Below are positions 1-8,928 of a stretch of 64,000 bases of DNA, one piece after another (the stretch's first letter is position 1; each line of letters opens with the position of its first letter). Source of the stretch: a virus. A program made the position numbers and the translations under genes. The notes under the pieces are model-generated. The model did no database searches and was not told where the DNA came from. It saw only the letters and a program-made list of their open reading frames with translations. The stretch lies in IMG/VR virus record IMGVR_UViG_3300025133_000026; one strand, 5' to 3'.

Positions 1-230
1 ACCGTGATAAGACTGTAACCTACGCAGGAGTTATCTTCCGTAAGGATGATCCTCAGGAAGAGTATTCCAAGAAGGGACACACCCACACCGCTGTTCAGCG
101 TTTCTACATGCGTCCTGTCATTATCCCTCATCCTTCGGTTGTAGGTCCAGCACATGCTATTCAGAGCGCAGTAGAACACAGTATTCGTACTGCCATGGGC
201 ACTGTTGGTGCATACGGCCCTCGCACCTAA
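1..230 (+). CDS. 3' end of an unknown, probably highly expressed protein (partial)
   Basis: Open frame from position 3 (RDKTVTYAGVIFRK...AYGPRT*) ends at TAA 228-230. It is rich in CGT/GCT/ACT codons and followed by a terminator hairpin. Confidence 0.75.
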   Translation, partial: RDKTVTYAGVIFRKDDPQEEYSKKGHTHTAVQRFYMRPVIIPHPSVVGPAHAIQSAVEHSIRTAMGTVGAYGPRT

Positions 231-252
231 TCTATTCTATAAATCTAATCCA

Positions 253-290
253 AAGGGGAGACTTAAACGTCTCCCCTTACTTTGTTTCTT
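253..290 (+). terminator. Rho-independent terminator
   Basis: Stem aaggggagac / gtctcccctt with a 6-nt loop, followed by a T-rich tract, just after a stop codon. Confidence 0.75.
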
Positions 291-701
291 ATGTCACCAC
301 CTATTAAAATCTTCTTTTCAGCTTATATTTATAGTGCTCTTAAAAAAGATAAACTTATTCTTAGAGATCGATGGAAGTCTCATGCTACAGAAAATAATCA
401 ACAAATTTTCTTCTGTAGATTTACAAAAGAGAGAACTCTTCAATATTTAAAAGAAGATCGTGTTGTATATCAGTTGGGGCACTTTACAACTTTCAATAAA
501 AAAGGTCAAATAAGTAAACCCTATGCTCCTTTTTCTATTGAAAGTGTTTCTGTTAATTTAGATAAAAGCTGTTATGTCTTTCCAGACTGGTCTTCTCAGA
601 CTTATGTTTATCATGGAATATCATACGATTCAAAAGAAAAAATGGAAGTTGTTCTGTTTAAAGAACTAATGCTAGGAGAACAAAATGCCAGTAATCAGTA
701 A
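282..701 (+). CDS. Hypothetical protein with the shared C-terminal motif
   Basis: ORF packed with its neighbours; tail EVVLFKELMLGE. Confidence 0.7.
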   Translation: MFLMSPPIKIFFSAYIYSALKKDKLILRDRWKSHATENNQQIFFCRFTKERTLQYLKEDRVVYQLGHFTTFNKKGQISKPYAPFSIESVSVNLDKSCYVFPDWSSQTYVYHGISYDSKEKMEVVLFKELMLGEQNASNQ

Positions 702-996
702 TTGGAGCATTGTCCAAAAACATGAAGATAAAATAGATGGAGTGTGCCGAATTAAAGGCACTGTTAAAAACCATCGTTATATTCTTGACGGTAAACTTAT
801 CGTCTCTTCTCCAATTCAAACTATTGAATGGAAACAAGGTATTGTCATGACTCTAAATACCGCTTATATGCTTAGTGATTCTCCAAGTAGAGTCTGGGCA
901 CTTTGGACTAAGAAGTATGACAAAGAGACATATGACAATCTTTTAGAATTGGGCTTTACAATTCCAAAAAAGAAAGAGAAGAAAAATGATTCTTGA
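685..996 (+). CDS. Hypothetical phage protein
   Basis: Overlaps flanking ORFs in an operon-like way; no recognised motif. Confidence 0.7.
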   Translation: MPVISNWSIVQKHEDKIDGVCRIKGTVKNHRYILDGKLIVSSPIQTIEWKQGIVMTLNTAYMLSDSPSRVWALWTKKYDKETYDNLLELGFTIPKKKEKKNDS

Positions 997-1273
997 CTTT
1001 CTTTTAGGAGCTTTAATAACTTTGGGAATAAATACATTTCTCGGGTTGTTCTCTGCCTCAATATTTATGTCTACGCTTATGGAAACTGCCGAAACTAGCA
1101 AGGCTATTGTCTTTCTTGAAGGTCTTCTTAATAAAGCAGAAATATATCTAAAAAAGACTTGGTTATTTAGAAACTTTCCAGAAATAGCAGCATATATTGT
1201 TTCGTTGATATTTATGAATCTTTGGGCTTTTTGGACACCAGTCTGCTTATATCATTTTTTAACTAATGGATAA
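986..1273 (+). CDS. Hypothetical membrane protein
   Basis: Two hydrophobic segments; coupled start/stop overlaps. Confidence 0.7.
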   Translation: MILDFLLGALITLGINTFLGLFSASIFMSTLMETAETSKAIVFLEGLLNKAEIYLKKTWLFRNFPEIAAYIVSLIFMNLWAFWTPVCLYHFLTNG

Positions 1274-1463
1274 AGCTTTACAAATTATTTGGTGGATAGT
1301 TCTAATACTTATAATTGGAATGGGCGGTGCCTATCTAAAACTGATGGGTATTCCCCAAATACTTCTATTTATATTTACTATCTTCTTTATATGGCTTTAT
1401 CATTTAACACATCCATTCATTCCATTCATTAAGTCTGATAAGGAAACACAATCAGATGAATAA
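1266..1463 (+). CDS. Small two-TM membrane protein
   Basis: Two hydrophobic helices and a short charged tail. Confidence 0.7.
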   Translation: MDKALQIIWWIVLILIIGMGGAYLKLMGIPQILLFIFTIFFIWLYHLTHPFIPFIKSDKETQSDE

Positions 1464-1683
1464 GATAATCACTGTACTTTATGCAAAAGAATTTAATTGT
1501 TTTAGAGTTAAGACAATTACTGGCAAAAAAGTAAGAACACAATCTTTCCCTTGTAGTAAAGGGTTGATGACTTGTTCAGAACAAGAAGTGGCGGCTGTCG
1601 CAAGGCGTGAATTCTTCAATTCTTCATTCCGACCGCGTCCTACCTTTAACTTTATTTATAAGGAAATAGGGTGGAGATTCTAA
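1456..1683 (+). CDS. Hypothetical protein
   Basis: Overlapping ORF in a contiguous + strand array. Confidence 0.6.
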   Translation: MNKIITVLYAKEFNCFRVKTITGKKVRTQSFPCSKGLMTCSEQEVAAVARREFFNSSFRPRPTFNFIYKEIGWRF

Positions 1684-2081
1684 AACTAGATAAAGCTGAT
1701 GCTGTTCAATATTTAGAGGTTCATGGCTTTTCTTCAGATGCTATTCAATATATGTTGCTTTCTATGAAAGAACACCCAGAATGGGGAATATATAAAGGAA
1801 TTTATAAATGGCCAGAAGAAGACGAGCCAATTTATGTTGACAAACCAGGATGGTGGCTTTTTCTAGACTACAAACCTCGACATTTGGATTATATTGTTTT
1901 ATTTCCTGACATAAAAAACAAATTCACACAAGAAATAGATAAAGAATTACTACCTCCTGATTTTCTTTTCATTAATTGCAATGCTCACCCAAAAAGACAA
2001 CGAAGAGTTTGTTTAAAAACTCAACTTCTTGAATTAGAATACAAACAACTCTTAACTAAAGATAAACCAAATGAAAACTAA
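1671..2081 (+). CDS. Hypothetical protein with the shared C-terminal motif
   Basis: GTG start; tail LLELEYKQLLTKDK. Confidence 0.7.
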   Translation: MEILKLDKADAVQYLEVHGFSSDAIQYMLLSMKEHPEWGIYKGIYKWPEEDEPIYVDKPGWWLFLDYKPRHLDYIVLFPDIKNKFTQEIDKELLPPDFLFINCNAHPKRQRRVCLKTQLLELEYKQLLTKDKPNEN

Positions 2082-2271
2082 AAGAATAAAGGGCCGTGAC
2101 CCTGTTCATCTAGCTGCTATTCAACACAGTGGCGCTGGAAGACATAAGTCTGAACAAGACTATTCTCGTAAGAAAGAGAAATACCAAGCTCTTTTTGATG
2201 AAATGGACGAGTTCTATGATGATCTAGAAGACGAAGATCTTTCAGAGTGGGAGGAAGAAGATTATGGCTGA
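2071..2271 (+). CDS. Small basic/acidic protein, weakly ArfA-like
   Basis: Basic N-half RDPVHLAA..SGAGRHKSEQDYSRKKEK and a very acidic tail. The family call is tentative. Confidence 0.55.
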   Translation: MKTKRIKGRDPVHLAAIQHSGAGRHKSEQDYSRKKEKYQALFDEMDEFYDDLEDEDLSEWEEEDYG

Positions 2272-2476
2272 GAAGTGCCACGCCTGCGGAAGCGACCGGC
2301 TGATGCCGGTGCGCGACTTCGCAGTGTCTATTGAGAGACCCGACCCTGGCTATGGAATGGGTCGCTACGACAGACAAAAGGTCTATGCCTGCCGAGACTG
2401 CGGGGCGCTGCGGATTGATGACGCTGAGAAGGATTGGATGGACGGGACAAACGAAGAGGAGGAAAACAGTGGCTGA
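2264..2476 (+). CDS. Small Zn-ribbon protein in the GC-rich island
   Basis: Two CxxC pairs (CHAC, CRDC); high-GC codon usage. Confidence 0.65.
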   Translation: MAEKCHACGSDRLMPVRDFAVSIERPDPGYGMGRYDRQKVYACRDCGALRIDDAEKDWMDGTNEEEENSG

Positions 2477-2837
2477 CCTAACGATTGAGCAGGTGCGCGA
2501 ACTATTGGAGGCGGCCGACCGACCGCATCCCCCGAAAACCGACCTGCAAGCCGTGTACGCCTGGGCAGATGCCCACCACACCCTCGCTAAGCAGAAGTTC
2601 GACCTTGCTCGTCTCGTGCTGGAGCAAGCCGAACGCATCGAGGACCTGGAGGCAGGCCAGGAAACACTTCCGATCCTGAAGCGTCAATGCGAGCGCATCG
2701 CCACGTTCGAGGGGCTGCTACGCGAGCTGGAGTGGGAGATATGCCCAATCTCTGAGCAAGAGGAGTGCGTGTGGTGCATGAATCGCGCACCAGATCACGC
2801 CAACGACTGCCGCTTAGCCGCTGCTCTTAATTCTTAA
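2469..2837 (+). CDS. Coiled-coil/Zn-finger hypothetical protein in the GC-rich island
   Basis: GTG start at 2469 after GAGGAGG; C-terminal C...CVWC...H...C. Confidence 0.65.
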   Translation: MADLTIEQVRELLEAADRPHPPKTDLQAVYAWADAHHTLAKQKFDLARLVLEQAERIEDLEAGQETLPILKRQCERIATFEGLLRELEWEICPISEQEECVWCMNRAPDHANDCRLAAALNS

Positions 2838-2884
2838 TATTTATTACCTTTTATAATATATCAATTTAACAAGGCTTTCAAATA

Positions 2885-3244
2885 ATGGTAACACCACTCC
2901 TCGCCGCATTCTTTGTTGGCCTCCTTCTCGTTGGTAGTTCTACTTTACGTGTAGTAGAAGTAGCAAAAGGGGAAATTCTCAACACCTTTCTAATTTCTAT
3001 CATTATTAGCTTTGCTTATTGGTTCTCTATTCAATACATTGCTCAAAACGATATTGGTTCTTATGTAGCATTTTCTCTTGGAGCCTGCATTGCCACTGTC
3101 TCTCTTGCACATAGAGAAAGCAACAGTCCTAATAAAGGACTATTGGCTAGACATGGTGTTCGAGGAGTTGGTTCAGAAATGCCAGAAGAGAAAACATCTT
3201 CAAAAAGAATAAATGGATTTTTTAGAGAAGAAGAAACCTCTTGA
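2885..3244 (+). CDS. Multi-pass membrane protein
   Basis: Three hydrophobic segments followed by a charged tail. Confidence 0.65.
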   Translation: MVTPLLAAFFVGLLLVGSSTLRVVEVAKGEILNTFLISIIISFAYWFSIQYIAQNDIGSYVAFSLGACIATVSLAHRESNSPNKGLLARHGVRGVGSEMPEEKTSSKRINGFFREEETS

Positions 3245-3256
3245 CTAGAAACAAGC

Positions 3257-3601
3257 ATGAATGAATATTATCTAAACAACTATAGTCGTTCTCGTGGAGA
3301 AAACCCTTATTCTGCAGCATTATGGCTATCTATAGAATGGGCCAGAATTGCAAGAATGAGCGGGAAGAGAGAAGACAAGCACAGCAAAGAATTCTCTGCC
3401 AAGCACAATGAATTGTCTTTACATATGCAAACTTACATAGTTAATGCAAGAACACCAGAAGACTTACGTCAAAAGTTCTTTCAAATGAGAAAGACGATTA
3501 TTAAAGACTTTCATAAAAGTACAAGTGGCACCAAAGATGCTTACGGTATGTGTGGTGCAGAACTCGACAAGGTTATCAACAAGTTCTTAATACAGGAGTA
3601 A
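3257..3601 (+). CDS. Hypothetical protein
   Basis: 114-aa ORF in the + strand array. Confidence 0.65.
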   Translation: MNEYYLNNYSRSRGENPYSAALWLSIEWARIARMSGKREDKHSKEFSAKHNELSLHMQTYIVNARTPEDLRQKFFQMRKTIIKDFHKSTSGTKDAYGMCGAELDKVINKFLIQE

Positions 3602-3611
3602 ACGATGCCAA

Positions 3612-3992
3612 GTGTATTACAAGGCTAAGGATCAGGCGCTTAATAACGATCATGACTATCATATCGCAGCTATCTTGTGGAGAAAGAAGTCTCCTATCAG
3701 AATTGGTGTCAATTCTAAGAAAACCCATCCTGCTGCTCGTCGTCAATATTCTTGTGGGCCACGATTTGTTCATCACCTTCATGCCGAAATGCATGCTCTC
3801 TTGAATACAGATACTACAAAAAATGATGTTCTTGAAGTCATGAGATGGACTAAGGATGGTCAACGGACAATGAGCAAGCCTTGCGAGCACTGTATGAAGG
3901 TTATTAGAGCTTCTGGAATTAAAAAGGTTCGTTATACAGACTGGGATGGAACCTGGACAGAAATGAATCTCTGCGCAATAAGTATGAGATAA
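3612..3992 (+). CDS. Zn-dependent cytidine/dCMP deaminase-superfamily protein
   Basis: HAE (LHAEMHAL) and PCxxC (KPCEHC) motifs, followed by GIKKVRY. Confidence 0.85.
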   Translation: MYYKAKDQALNNDHDYHIAAILWRKKSPIRIGVNSKKTHPAARRQYSCGPRFVHHLHAEMHALLNTDTTKNDVLEVMRWTKDGQRTMSKPCEHCMKVIRASGIKKVRYTDWDGTWTEMNLCAISMR

Positions 3993-4405
3993 GAAAAACT
4001 ATCTTTCAATGGAAATCTGCCCCTTCTCAAAAAGAAGTATGGCAATTTATAGTTAACATAAAAGGCCATATCGCCTTCAAACCTGCGTTCAGAATTCCAT
4101 GCGCTGCTGAGGATCCTCTTCTTCTTCCAAGTAAACAGTTCCAGGGATCTGGTATTTATTGTTTAAAAGAAACGACAGTAGACTTTATTTATTATGTCTC
4201 TCTTGTTGGTTATGTAAATGAAAATAGTTTATTTGATAATATTCCTGGGAAAAACTATTGTGGGTATATAAAAAATAAAAAATTCAGTGCCTGTGATGGA
4301 ATCACTGCTTCTTGGAGTATAGACAACAAGAAAATTATCCCCTGGAAGGGTTATCGAAAAGCCCTGACCAACAAAGAATATAGAGAATTAATGTGTCCCA
4401 AATAA
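3971..4405 (+). CDS. Uncalled hypothetical protein (no ATG/GTG/TTG start seen), paralogue of 4393..4848
   Basis: Frame open from 3923 to TAA 4403-4405: ...EIRKTIFQWKSAPSQKEVWQF...FQGSGIY...NIPGKNYCGY...KEYRELMCPK*. It aligns with the downstream ORF. The start (CTG 3971?) is uncertain. Confidence 0.7.
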   Translation: MRNKYEIRKTIFQWKSAPSQKEVWQFIVNIKGHIAFKPAFRIPCAAEDPLLLPSKQFQGSGIYCLKETTVDFIYYVSLVGYVNENSLFDNIPGKNYCGYIKNKKFSACDGITASWSIDNKKIIPWKGYRKALTNKEYRELMCPK

Positions 4406-4848
4406 CTCATAAAGAACTAAAAGAAATTTTATTTGATTGGCCTTCTGCATTTGCTCCTACACATAAAGAAATAAACCAATTTATAATAGATATTCAAGAT
4501 ATTCCTTGTTATCTTATTCCTGTAAGAATACTTGAGTCTATGGACCGAACAGAGAACAGGATTATTAAAGATGGACAATATTGGGCTTTACCATTAGAAT
4601 ATTTTGAAGGACCTGGAATTTATATAACTGACGAAAGACCTTTAACAAAAAATCATGACAATGACGTTTCATATTATGGAGCAGATCGTCGTAATAGAAA
4701 CATTCCAAACAAAAACTATTCTGGTTTTTCTGGAGAAGAAAAGTTTTTAGCTGTTGAGGGCTACATTCATTTTCCATACTCTGGGGGTAGTCTTCCCACC
4801 TATATAGAATCACTTCTTTTAAAAGAGTTAATCTTAGATGACAGTTGA
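4393..4848 (+). CDS. Hypothetical protein with the shared C-terminal motif
   Basis: GTG start; FDWPSA..PTHKEINQF, FEGPGIY, NIPNKNYSGF; tail ESLLLKELILDD. Confidence 0.75.
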   Translation: MSQITHKELKEILFDWPSAFAPTHKEINQFIIDIQDIPCYLIPVRILESMDRTENRIIKDGQYWALPLEYFEGPGIYITDERPLTKNHDNDVSYYGADRRNRNIPNKNYSGFSGEEKFLAVEGYIHFPYSGGSLPTYIESLLLKELILDDS

Positions 4849-5359
4849 AACTTTAATCGCCAAGCTTAAAAAACTTCCATCAAAAACAATAGTTATTGTT
4901 CAGGAATATGACAGCTTAGATAATATAGCTAGACCAATCAAAGTAGTTGAAAAGATTACTAAAGCTGACTTACCCGAACACTTAAGAGATGTTACAATTA
5001 AGAATAAAAAAAACTTAATTATCTTAAGTGCTTGGGGTAATGGCGAAGCACCTGCATCGCAATTTATTCCAATCAAGACAGAACAGAAACTTCAGTCTTT
5101 CATTCTTCATGCAAAAAAGAATGGCATTCCATTATCACTAATCAAGGAATGGATTCAAAAGAATGAGCTGCCTCCGAAGAATAAAAAGAAAGCTACTCGT
5201 AAAGTTCAAAAGACCTCAGGACGCACAGAAATATTACCTAAATCCGCTAAAGAATTACACAGTGATAATGCTAAGCGGCTCACCCCCAAACCCAACAGTC
5301 CAACTCGCAGAAAGAAGAGGAGTGTGGATCCCAATGTGGGAACTGGAAATAATAGATGA
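4838..5359 (+). CDS. Hypothetical protein with a basic disordered tail
   Basis: Coupled ORF; K/R/P-rich C-terminus. Confidence 0.65.
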   Translation: MTVETLIAKLKKLPSKTIVIVQEYDSLDNIARPIKVVEKITKADLPEHLRDVTIKNKKNLIILSAWGNGEAPASQFIPIKTEQKLQSFILHAKKNGIPLSLIKEWIQKNELPPKNKKKATRKVQKTSGRTEILPKSAKELHSDNAKRLTPKPNSPTRRKKRSVDPNVGTGNNR

Positions 5360-5661
5360 CTCTTGATACTGAACCATATAATAAATTTATAGAAATATCT
5401 AATATTCTCTTTGGCGAAGCAGAGATTGTTTCGGTGCAAGAATTCATGAAACGAACTCTTGTTCAGGGAGCGCCGCCTCCGGAAAACCTTAATGTTTGTG
5501 TTAACTCTTATATGAGAGTTATTCGAAATTTTAAAACAGTTGCTCTGGGTCGACCCGACAGTATCTGTCTTCAAAAAGAATCACCTTTAGACCTATGGGC
5601 TTGGCACAAACTCATTGACATAGAATATAAACTTACAATGACAGAGACAGATAATGCCTGA
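5356..5661 (+). CDS. Hypothetical protein with the shared C-terminal motif
   Basis: ATGA overlap; tail LIDIEYKLTMTE. Confidence 0.7.
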   Translation: MTLDTEPYNKFIEISNILFGEAEIVSVQEFMKRTLVQGAPPPENLNVCVNSYMRVIRNFKTVALGRPDSICLQKESPLDLWAWHKLIDIEYKLTMTETDNA

Positions 5662-6061
5662 ATCAGAAGAAACTACTATTCTTTCTTGTAAAGAATTCTT
5701 AGAAGATGACATATTTAATGCTATTGGCATTGCCATTGGATATAGGTTCTTAGTAGAGAGCTGGGCTCCACAAGATCTTGACTTTCGACTTGCTCTTTTC
5801 GATGGAGAAAATTCTTTTGGACTTGACCATAGTTTTGAAATTGCTTTAGAACGAGTAAATTCAACAACATCTAAAACTTTTATCGAAGACCAAACCAAAT
5901 CTTTAGAATCTAGTTTATCAGAGTTGAAAAATCAAGAAGAGTTATTGACGAAAATAACCAAACACTTTCAGATTTGTCTTGATATTACTCATAAACTTGA
6001 AAAGGTTTTGGAGGAGAATATAAAACTTTCCAAAGCCCTAGAAACCGCAGCACCCCATTAA
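5654..6061 (+). CDS. Hypothetical coiled-coil protein
   Basis: Heptad-rich C-terminal half. Confidence 0.65.
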   Translation: MPESEETTILSCKEFLEDDIFNAIGIAIGYRFLVESWAPQDLDFRLALFDGENSFGLDHSFEIALERVNSTTSKTFIEDQTKSLESSLSELKNQEELLTKITKHFQICLDITHKLEKVLEENIKLSKALETAAPH

Positions 6062-6069
6062 AGGACATC

Positions 6070-6318
6070 ATGAAGTTCCTTCTCCTCTATTATATAATTA
6101 GCAGAATCTTTGCTGTCTGGGCTATATTTCCAGCATTAAAACAAGAAATAGAAGAGCTTCTTAATCCTATTGAAGGTCGGCCCCGAATCTATAATATTTT
6201 TACTATGTTAATAATTTTATTTATTACATATATTCCACCAATATTAGATATTATGGTTCTTATCCTTGGAGGGCTCATCCTTATAGAAAAGGTTAAAAAA
6301 TGGCAGAAATCAATTTAA
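6070..6318 (+). CDS. Membrane protein
   Basis: Hydrophobic segments; AAGGA Shine-Dalgarno upstream. Confidence 0.65.
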   Translation: MKFLLLYYIISRIFAVWAIFPALKQEIEELLNPIEGRPRIYNIFTMLIILFITYIPPILDIMVLILGGLILIEKVKKWQKSI

Positions 6319-6665
6319 ATTCAACACCGCCCTTAAAAGACTTACTTCCTAAAGATATTGAGCCTCAACCTATCTGTCCAGAAGGTATGCGAAAATTCAC
6401 TATCTTTCGACGTGGAGATGAGTCTAATGTTTCAGGTACTGGAAAAATTATTCAAGGAGTATTGTTTGCCGATGGGAAAGCAGTCATTCAATGGCTTGCA
6501 GGACCAGACCCTGGTGACACTCAAGTCAAAAATAGTTTTGAGAAGTTCTTAGAAACACACATTATTCCCCATCCGGGGAATAGAACTATTCTAACCTGGG
6601 AAGATGGTATTCAAATATTCTTTCCGGAGGAAGACAACGAAGCCACAGGGTCCACAACATCCTAA
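6300..6665 (+). CDS. Conserved phage protein of unknown function
   Basis: R.F...R..D.S.VSGTG....GV.F.DG....W pattern recalled from many phage hypothetical proteins. Confidence 0.65.
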   Translation: MAEINLNSTPPLKDLLPKDIEPQPICPEGMRKFTIFRRGDESNVSGTGKIIQGVLFADGKAVIQWLAGPDPGDTQVKNSFEKFLETHIIPHPGNRTILTWEDGIQIFFPEEDNEATGSTTS

Positions 6666-7065
6666 GATAATAGGTGAGGGAATTTCTAAAGACCCTTGGC
6701 TTTTAAACGGCTATACTCTTAGAAACCTAACACACGAAGACACTATAGCAAAATATATGAAAGACACTGGGTTAGCATTTTCCATACCCCTTCTAACTAG
6801 AAGACCTCGAAATGGAAATCACCAAACTTTTCATAAGTTTAAAAACAACACCCCTTCTGGTTGGTATCTTTTAATGGAGACTCGGACACTATTCAAAATA
6901 ACAGATGGTTATCTCTGCAATAAAGGAGATATTGGGATTTGGGCAGTTTCTGTATTTGGTCTCAAAACTCATGGACTATATACTTATAAGTCATGGGTCT
7001 CTTCGAATGAAATTGAGATTAATTCCTTACTTTATAAAGATATGATGATTGGTAAAACATTGTGA
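6604..7065 (+). CDS. Hypothetical protein with the shared C-terminal motif
   Basis: Tail INSLLYKDMMIGK; the true start is probably downstream of 6604. Confidence 0.65.
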   Translation: MVFKYSFRRKTTKPQGPQHPKIIGEGISKDPWLLNGYTLRNLTHEDTIAKYMKDTGLAFSIPLLTRRPRNGNHQTFHKFKNNTPSGWYLLMETRTLFKITDGYLCNKGDIGIWAVSVFGLKTHGLYTYKSWVSSNEIEINSLLYKDMMIGKTL

Positions 7066-7083
7066 TAAAATTCCAAAGGAGGA

Positions 7084-7989
7084 TTGATGCTAAGACTATT
7101 ATTCTTACTAATGTCATCTTTAGGATGTAACGACACCACTTTTACCCATACAGTTATCGAGGAAGTTCCAACTTATATCGAACCACAAGTAGAAGTCTTT
7201 AATGCAGGAACTTCCATTACTCGCGCAGACTTTCTTGTAGTTCTTGATGTTTCTGGCTCAATGTCACAAGTCAACAACCACCTTTCAGAAGGACTTACTC
7301 CTTTTGTAGATGCTTTACTAGCCATACAGGATGACCTTGACTGGCGACTTACTGCAGTAAGTGCTGATTCTGATTACGTCGAAATAGATGATTGGATAGA
7401 AGCACACGATGTTGAATTCCCCTCCATGGCCGTGGCAGACTTGCAGGTTATGGTAGAGAGAGGTGGAGCTGAAGAAGGATTCTTAGCTGGCTACTCTGCT
7501 TATCATTTGGACACAGAGTTCTTTAGAGACAATGCGGACTTGTTGTTCATCTTTATTTCTGACGAAGACGAGCAATCAAGTATTCCTGTCTCCGATTGGA
7601 CAGGGTGGCAGGCAACATTGCGTTCTTATCCATATGAAGTACACAATAGTGCTATCACAACTTTTTATGAAAACTCCTGTGGTTATGGAGTAGGTCAAAA
7701 ATATATTGATGTATCTTCTGCAACAGTTGAAATTTGCAGTCCAACTGGTTGGGCTGAAGCCGCCAACCCAGTCTTAGACAGAGTTAATCCTCTTGAAGAT
7801 GTTTTTTACTTAGATCAAGAACCAGATCCAGATACGATTAGAGTATGGGTTAATAATACAGAGTATTCTCAACCTAATTGGCAATATGATATTAATGAAT
7901 GGAAAGTAGTTCTGTCTTTCACACCACCTTCAGGGAGTTCTGTTGTCATCTCATACTACCTTGTTCAAGGAGATACTGGAGCTTCTTGA
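7084..7989 (+). CDS. Exported vWA-domain lipoprotein
   Basis: Signal peptide with lipobox-like SLGC; MIDAS DVSGS (FLVVLDVSGSMS); FISDEDEQS; acidic composition. Confidence 0.8.
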   Translation: MMLRLLFLLMSSLGCNDTTFTHTVIEEVPTYIEPQVEVFNAGTSITRADFLVVLDVSGSMSQVNNHLSEGLTPFVDALLAIQDDLDWRLTAVSADSDYVEIDDWIEAHDVEFPSMAVADLQVMVERGGAEEGFLAGYSAYHLDTEFFRDNADLLFIFISDEDEQSSIPVSDWTGWQATLRSYPYEVHNSAITTFYENSCGYGVGQKYIDVSSATVEICSPTGWAEAANPVLDRVNPLEDVFYLDQEPDPDTIRVWVNNTEYSQPNWQYDINEWKVVLSFTPPSGSSVVISYYLVQGDTGAS

Positions 7990-8311
7990 AAAAAGCGATA
8001 AATATATCCTTATAAGAAAGGTGGCCAGTTACACTAAGCCACATTATATAAACGTTTATAATAATAAAACAGCAGATACATTTACTCTTCATTCAGATCT
8101 AGATGTGGTTTTTTCTAACTTTGGGAAAATTTCTTATGAAGACTTCTATTATCAACTTCTTATGGAGGAATCTCCTATAGAGACCCAAAAAGTTGATAAA
8201 AAAGATGAAGTTAAATATAAAAGAACTTACTTTATTCATGGTGTTCCTTATGAAAAAGAAAAATTCTTAGAAGAACTTGAATATAGAAAAATAATGTTAG
8301 GCAAAACATGA
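7943..8311 (+). CDS. Hypothetical protein with the shared C-terminal motif
   Basis: Tail FLEELEYRKIMLGK; start uncertain. Confidence 0.65.
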   Translation: MSSHTTLFKEILELLEKSDKYILIRKVASYTKPHYINVYNNKTADTFTLHSDLDVVFSNFGKISYEDFYYQLLMEESPIETQKVDKKDEVKYKRTYFIHGVPYEKEKFLEELEYRKIMLGKT

Positions 8312-8928
8312 AAGACTCTCCTATGTCCACATCTACAGCACCCCTATCTCTTCCTCAACTCAGAACTTTAATGTTTAAAGAAGGACTTAAGGTCTTTGAA
8401 ACTGGAGCTTACAATCTTAACCTTGTTGGGGTTAGGAATATGTCTAAGCTTCATGAGAATAAGTTTAATGACTGGTTCTATTGTTTCTATAAAGATGTTG
8501 ACGGATATTGGAGTACTCATAGATGGGCATGTACGACCGACCCAGGGACTTACTGGCGTCTACACCCAACTAACCCCAAGGGAACAGCCATATTAGCTCC
8601 TGGACAGTACAGAGCGGCCTACATGCTAGGCAAACACAAGGGCAAGTATGAAGCTCTTGTCCAACAGGGCAAAATGCCAGTAGCTCATTTCAGAGACTCT
8701 GATAGAAATGAAGACCTGAACTTTACTGGTGATTTAATCACAGACACTTACATAGGTGCTAATATTCACAGAGCTAGTGCGACTACTGTTACAGAAAATG
8801 TAAATAAATATTCAGCAGCTTGTCAAGTAATTCAGAACCCTCTTCACTTTTATCTTTTAATAGCTCTTGCTAAACTTTCTTCGAGTATTCATGGACCCTA
8901 TTTTACATATACACTTCTAGAGATATGA
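8308..8928 (+). CDS. Putative peptidoglycan-active enzyme, L,D-transpeptidase (YkuD)-like catalytic domain
   Basis: NLVGVR..N.FND, TTDPG, GTA.L.PGQY; catalytic-type IH....S.AC (IHRA...YSAACQV). Confidence 0.6.
   Translation: MKDSPMSTSTAPLSLPQLRTLMFKEGLKVFETGAYNLNLVGVRNMSKLHENKFNDWFYCFYKDVDGYWSTHRWACTTDPGTYWRLHPTNPKGTAILAPGQYRAAYMLGKHKGKYEALVQQGKMPVAHFRDSDRNEDLNFTGDLITDTYIGANIHRASATTVTENVNKYSAACQVIQNPLHFYLLIALAKLSSSIHGPYFTYTLLEI

Noticed and set aside
2117-2790. Several long antisense and alternative-frame ORFs over the GC-rich island
   Set aside because: These are expected from stop-codon scarcity in high-GC DNA. The + strand ORFs have SD sites and operon coupling.
4028-4040. Programmed frameshift at the A-run in the uncalled ORF
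   Set aside because: On recount the run is five A and reads CAA AAA GAA in frame, so no shift is needed.
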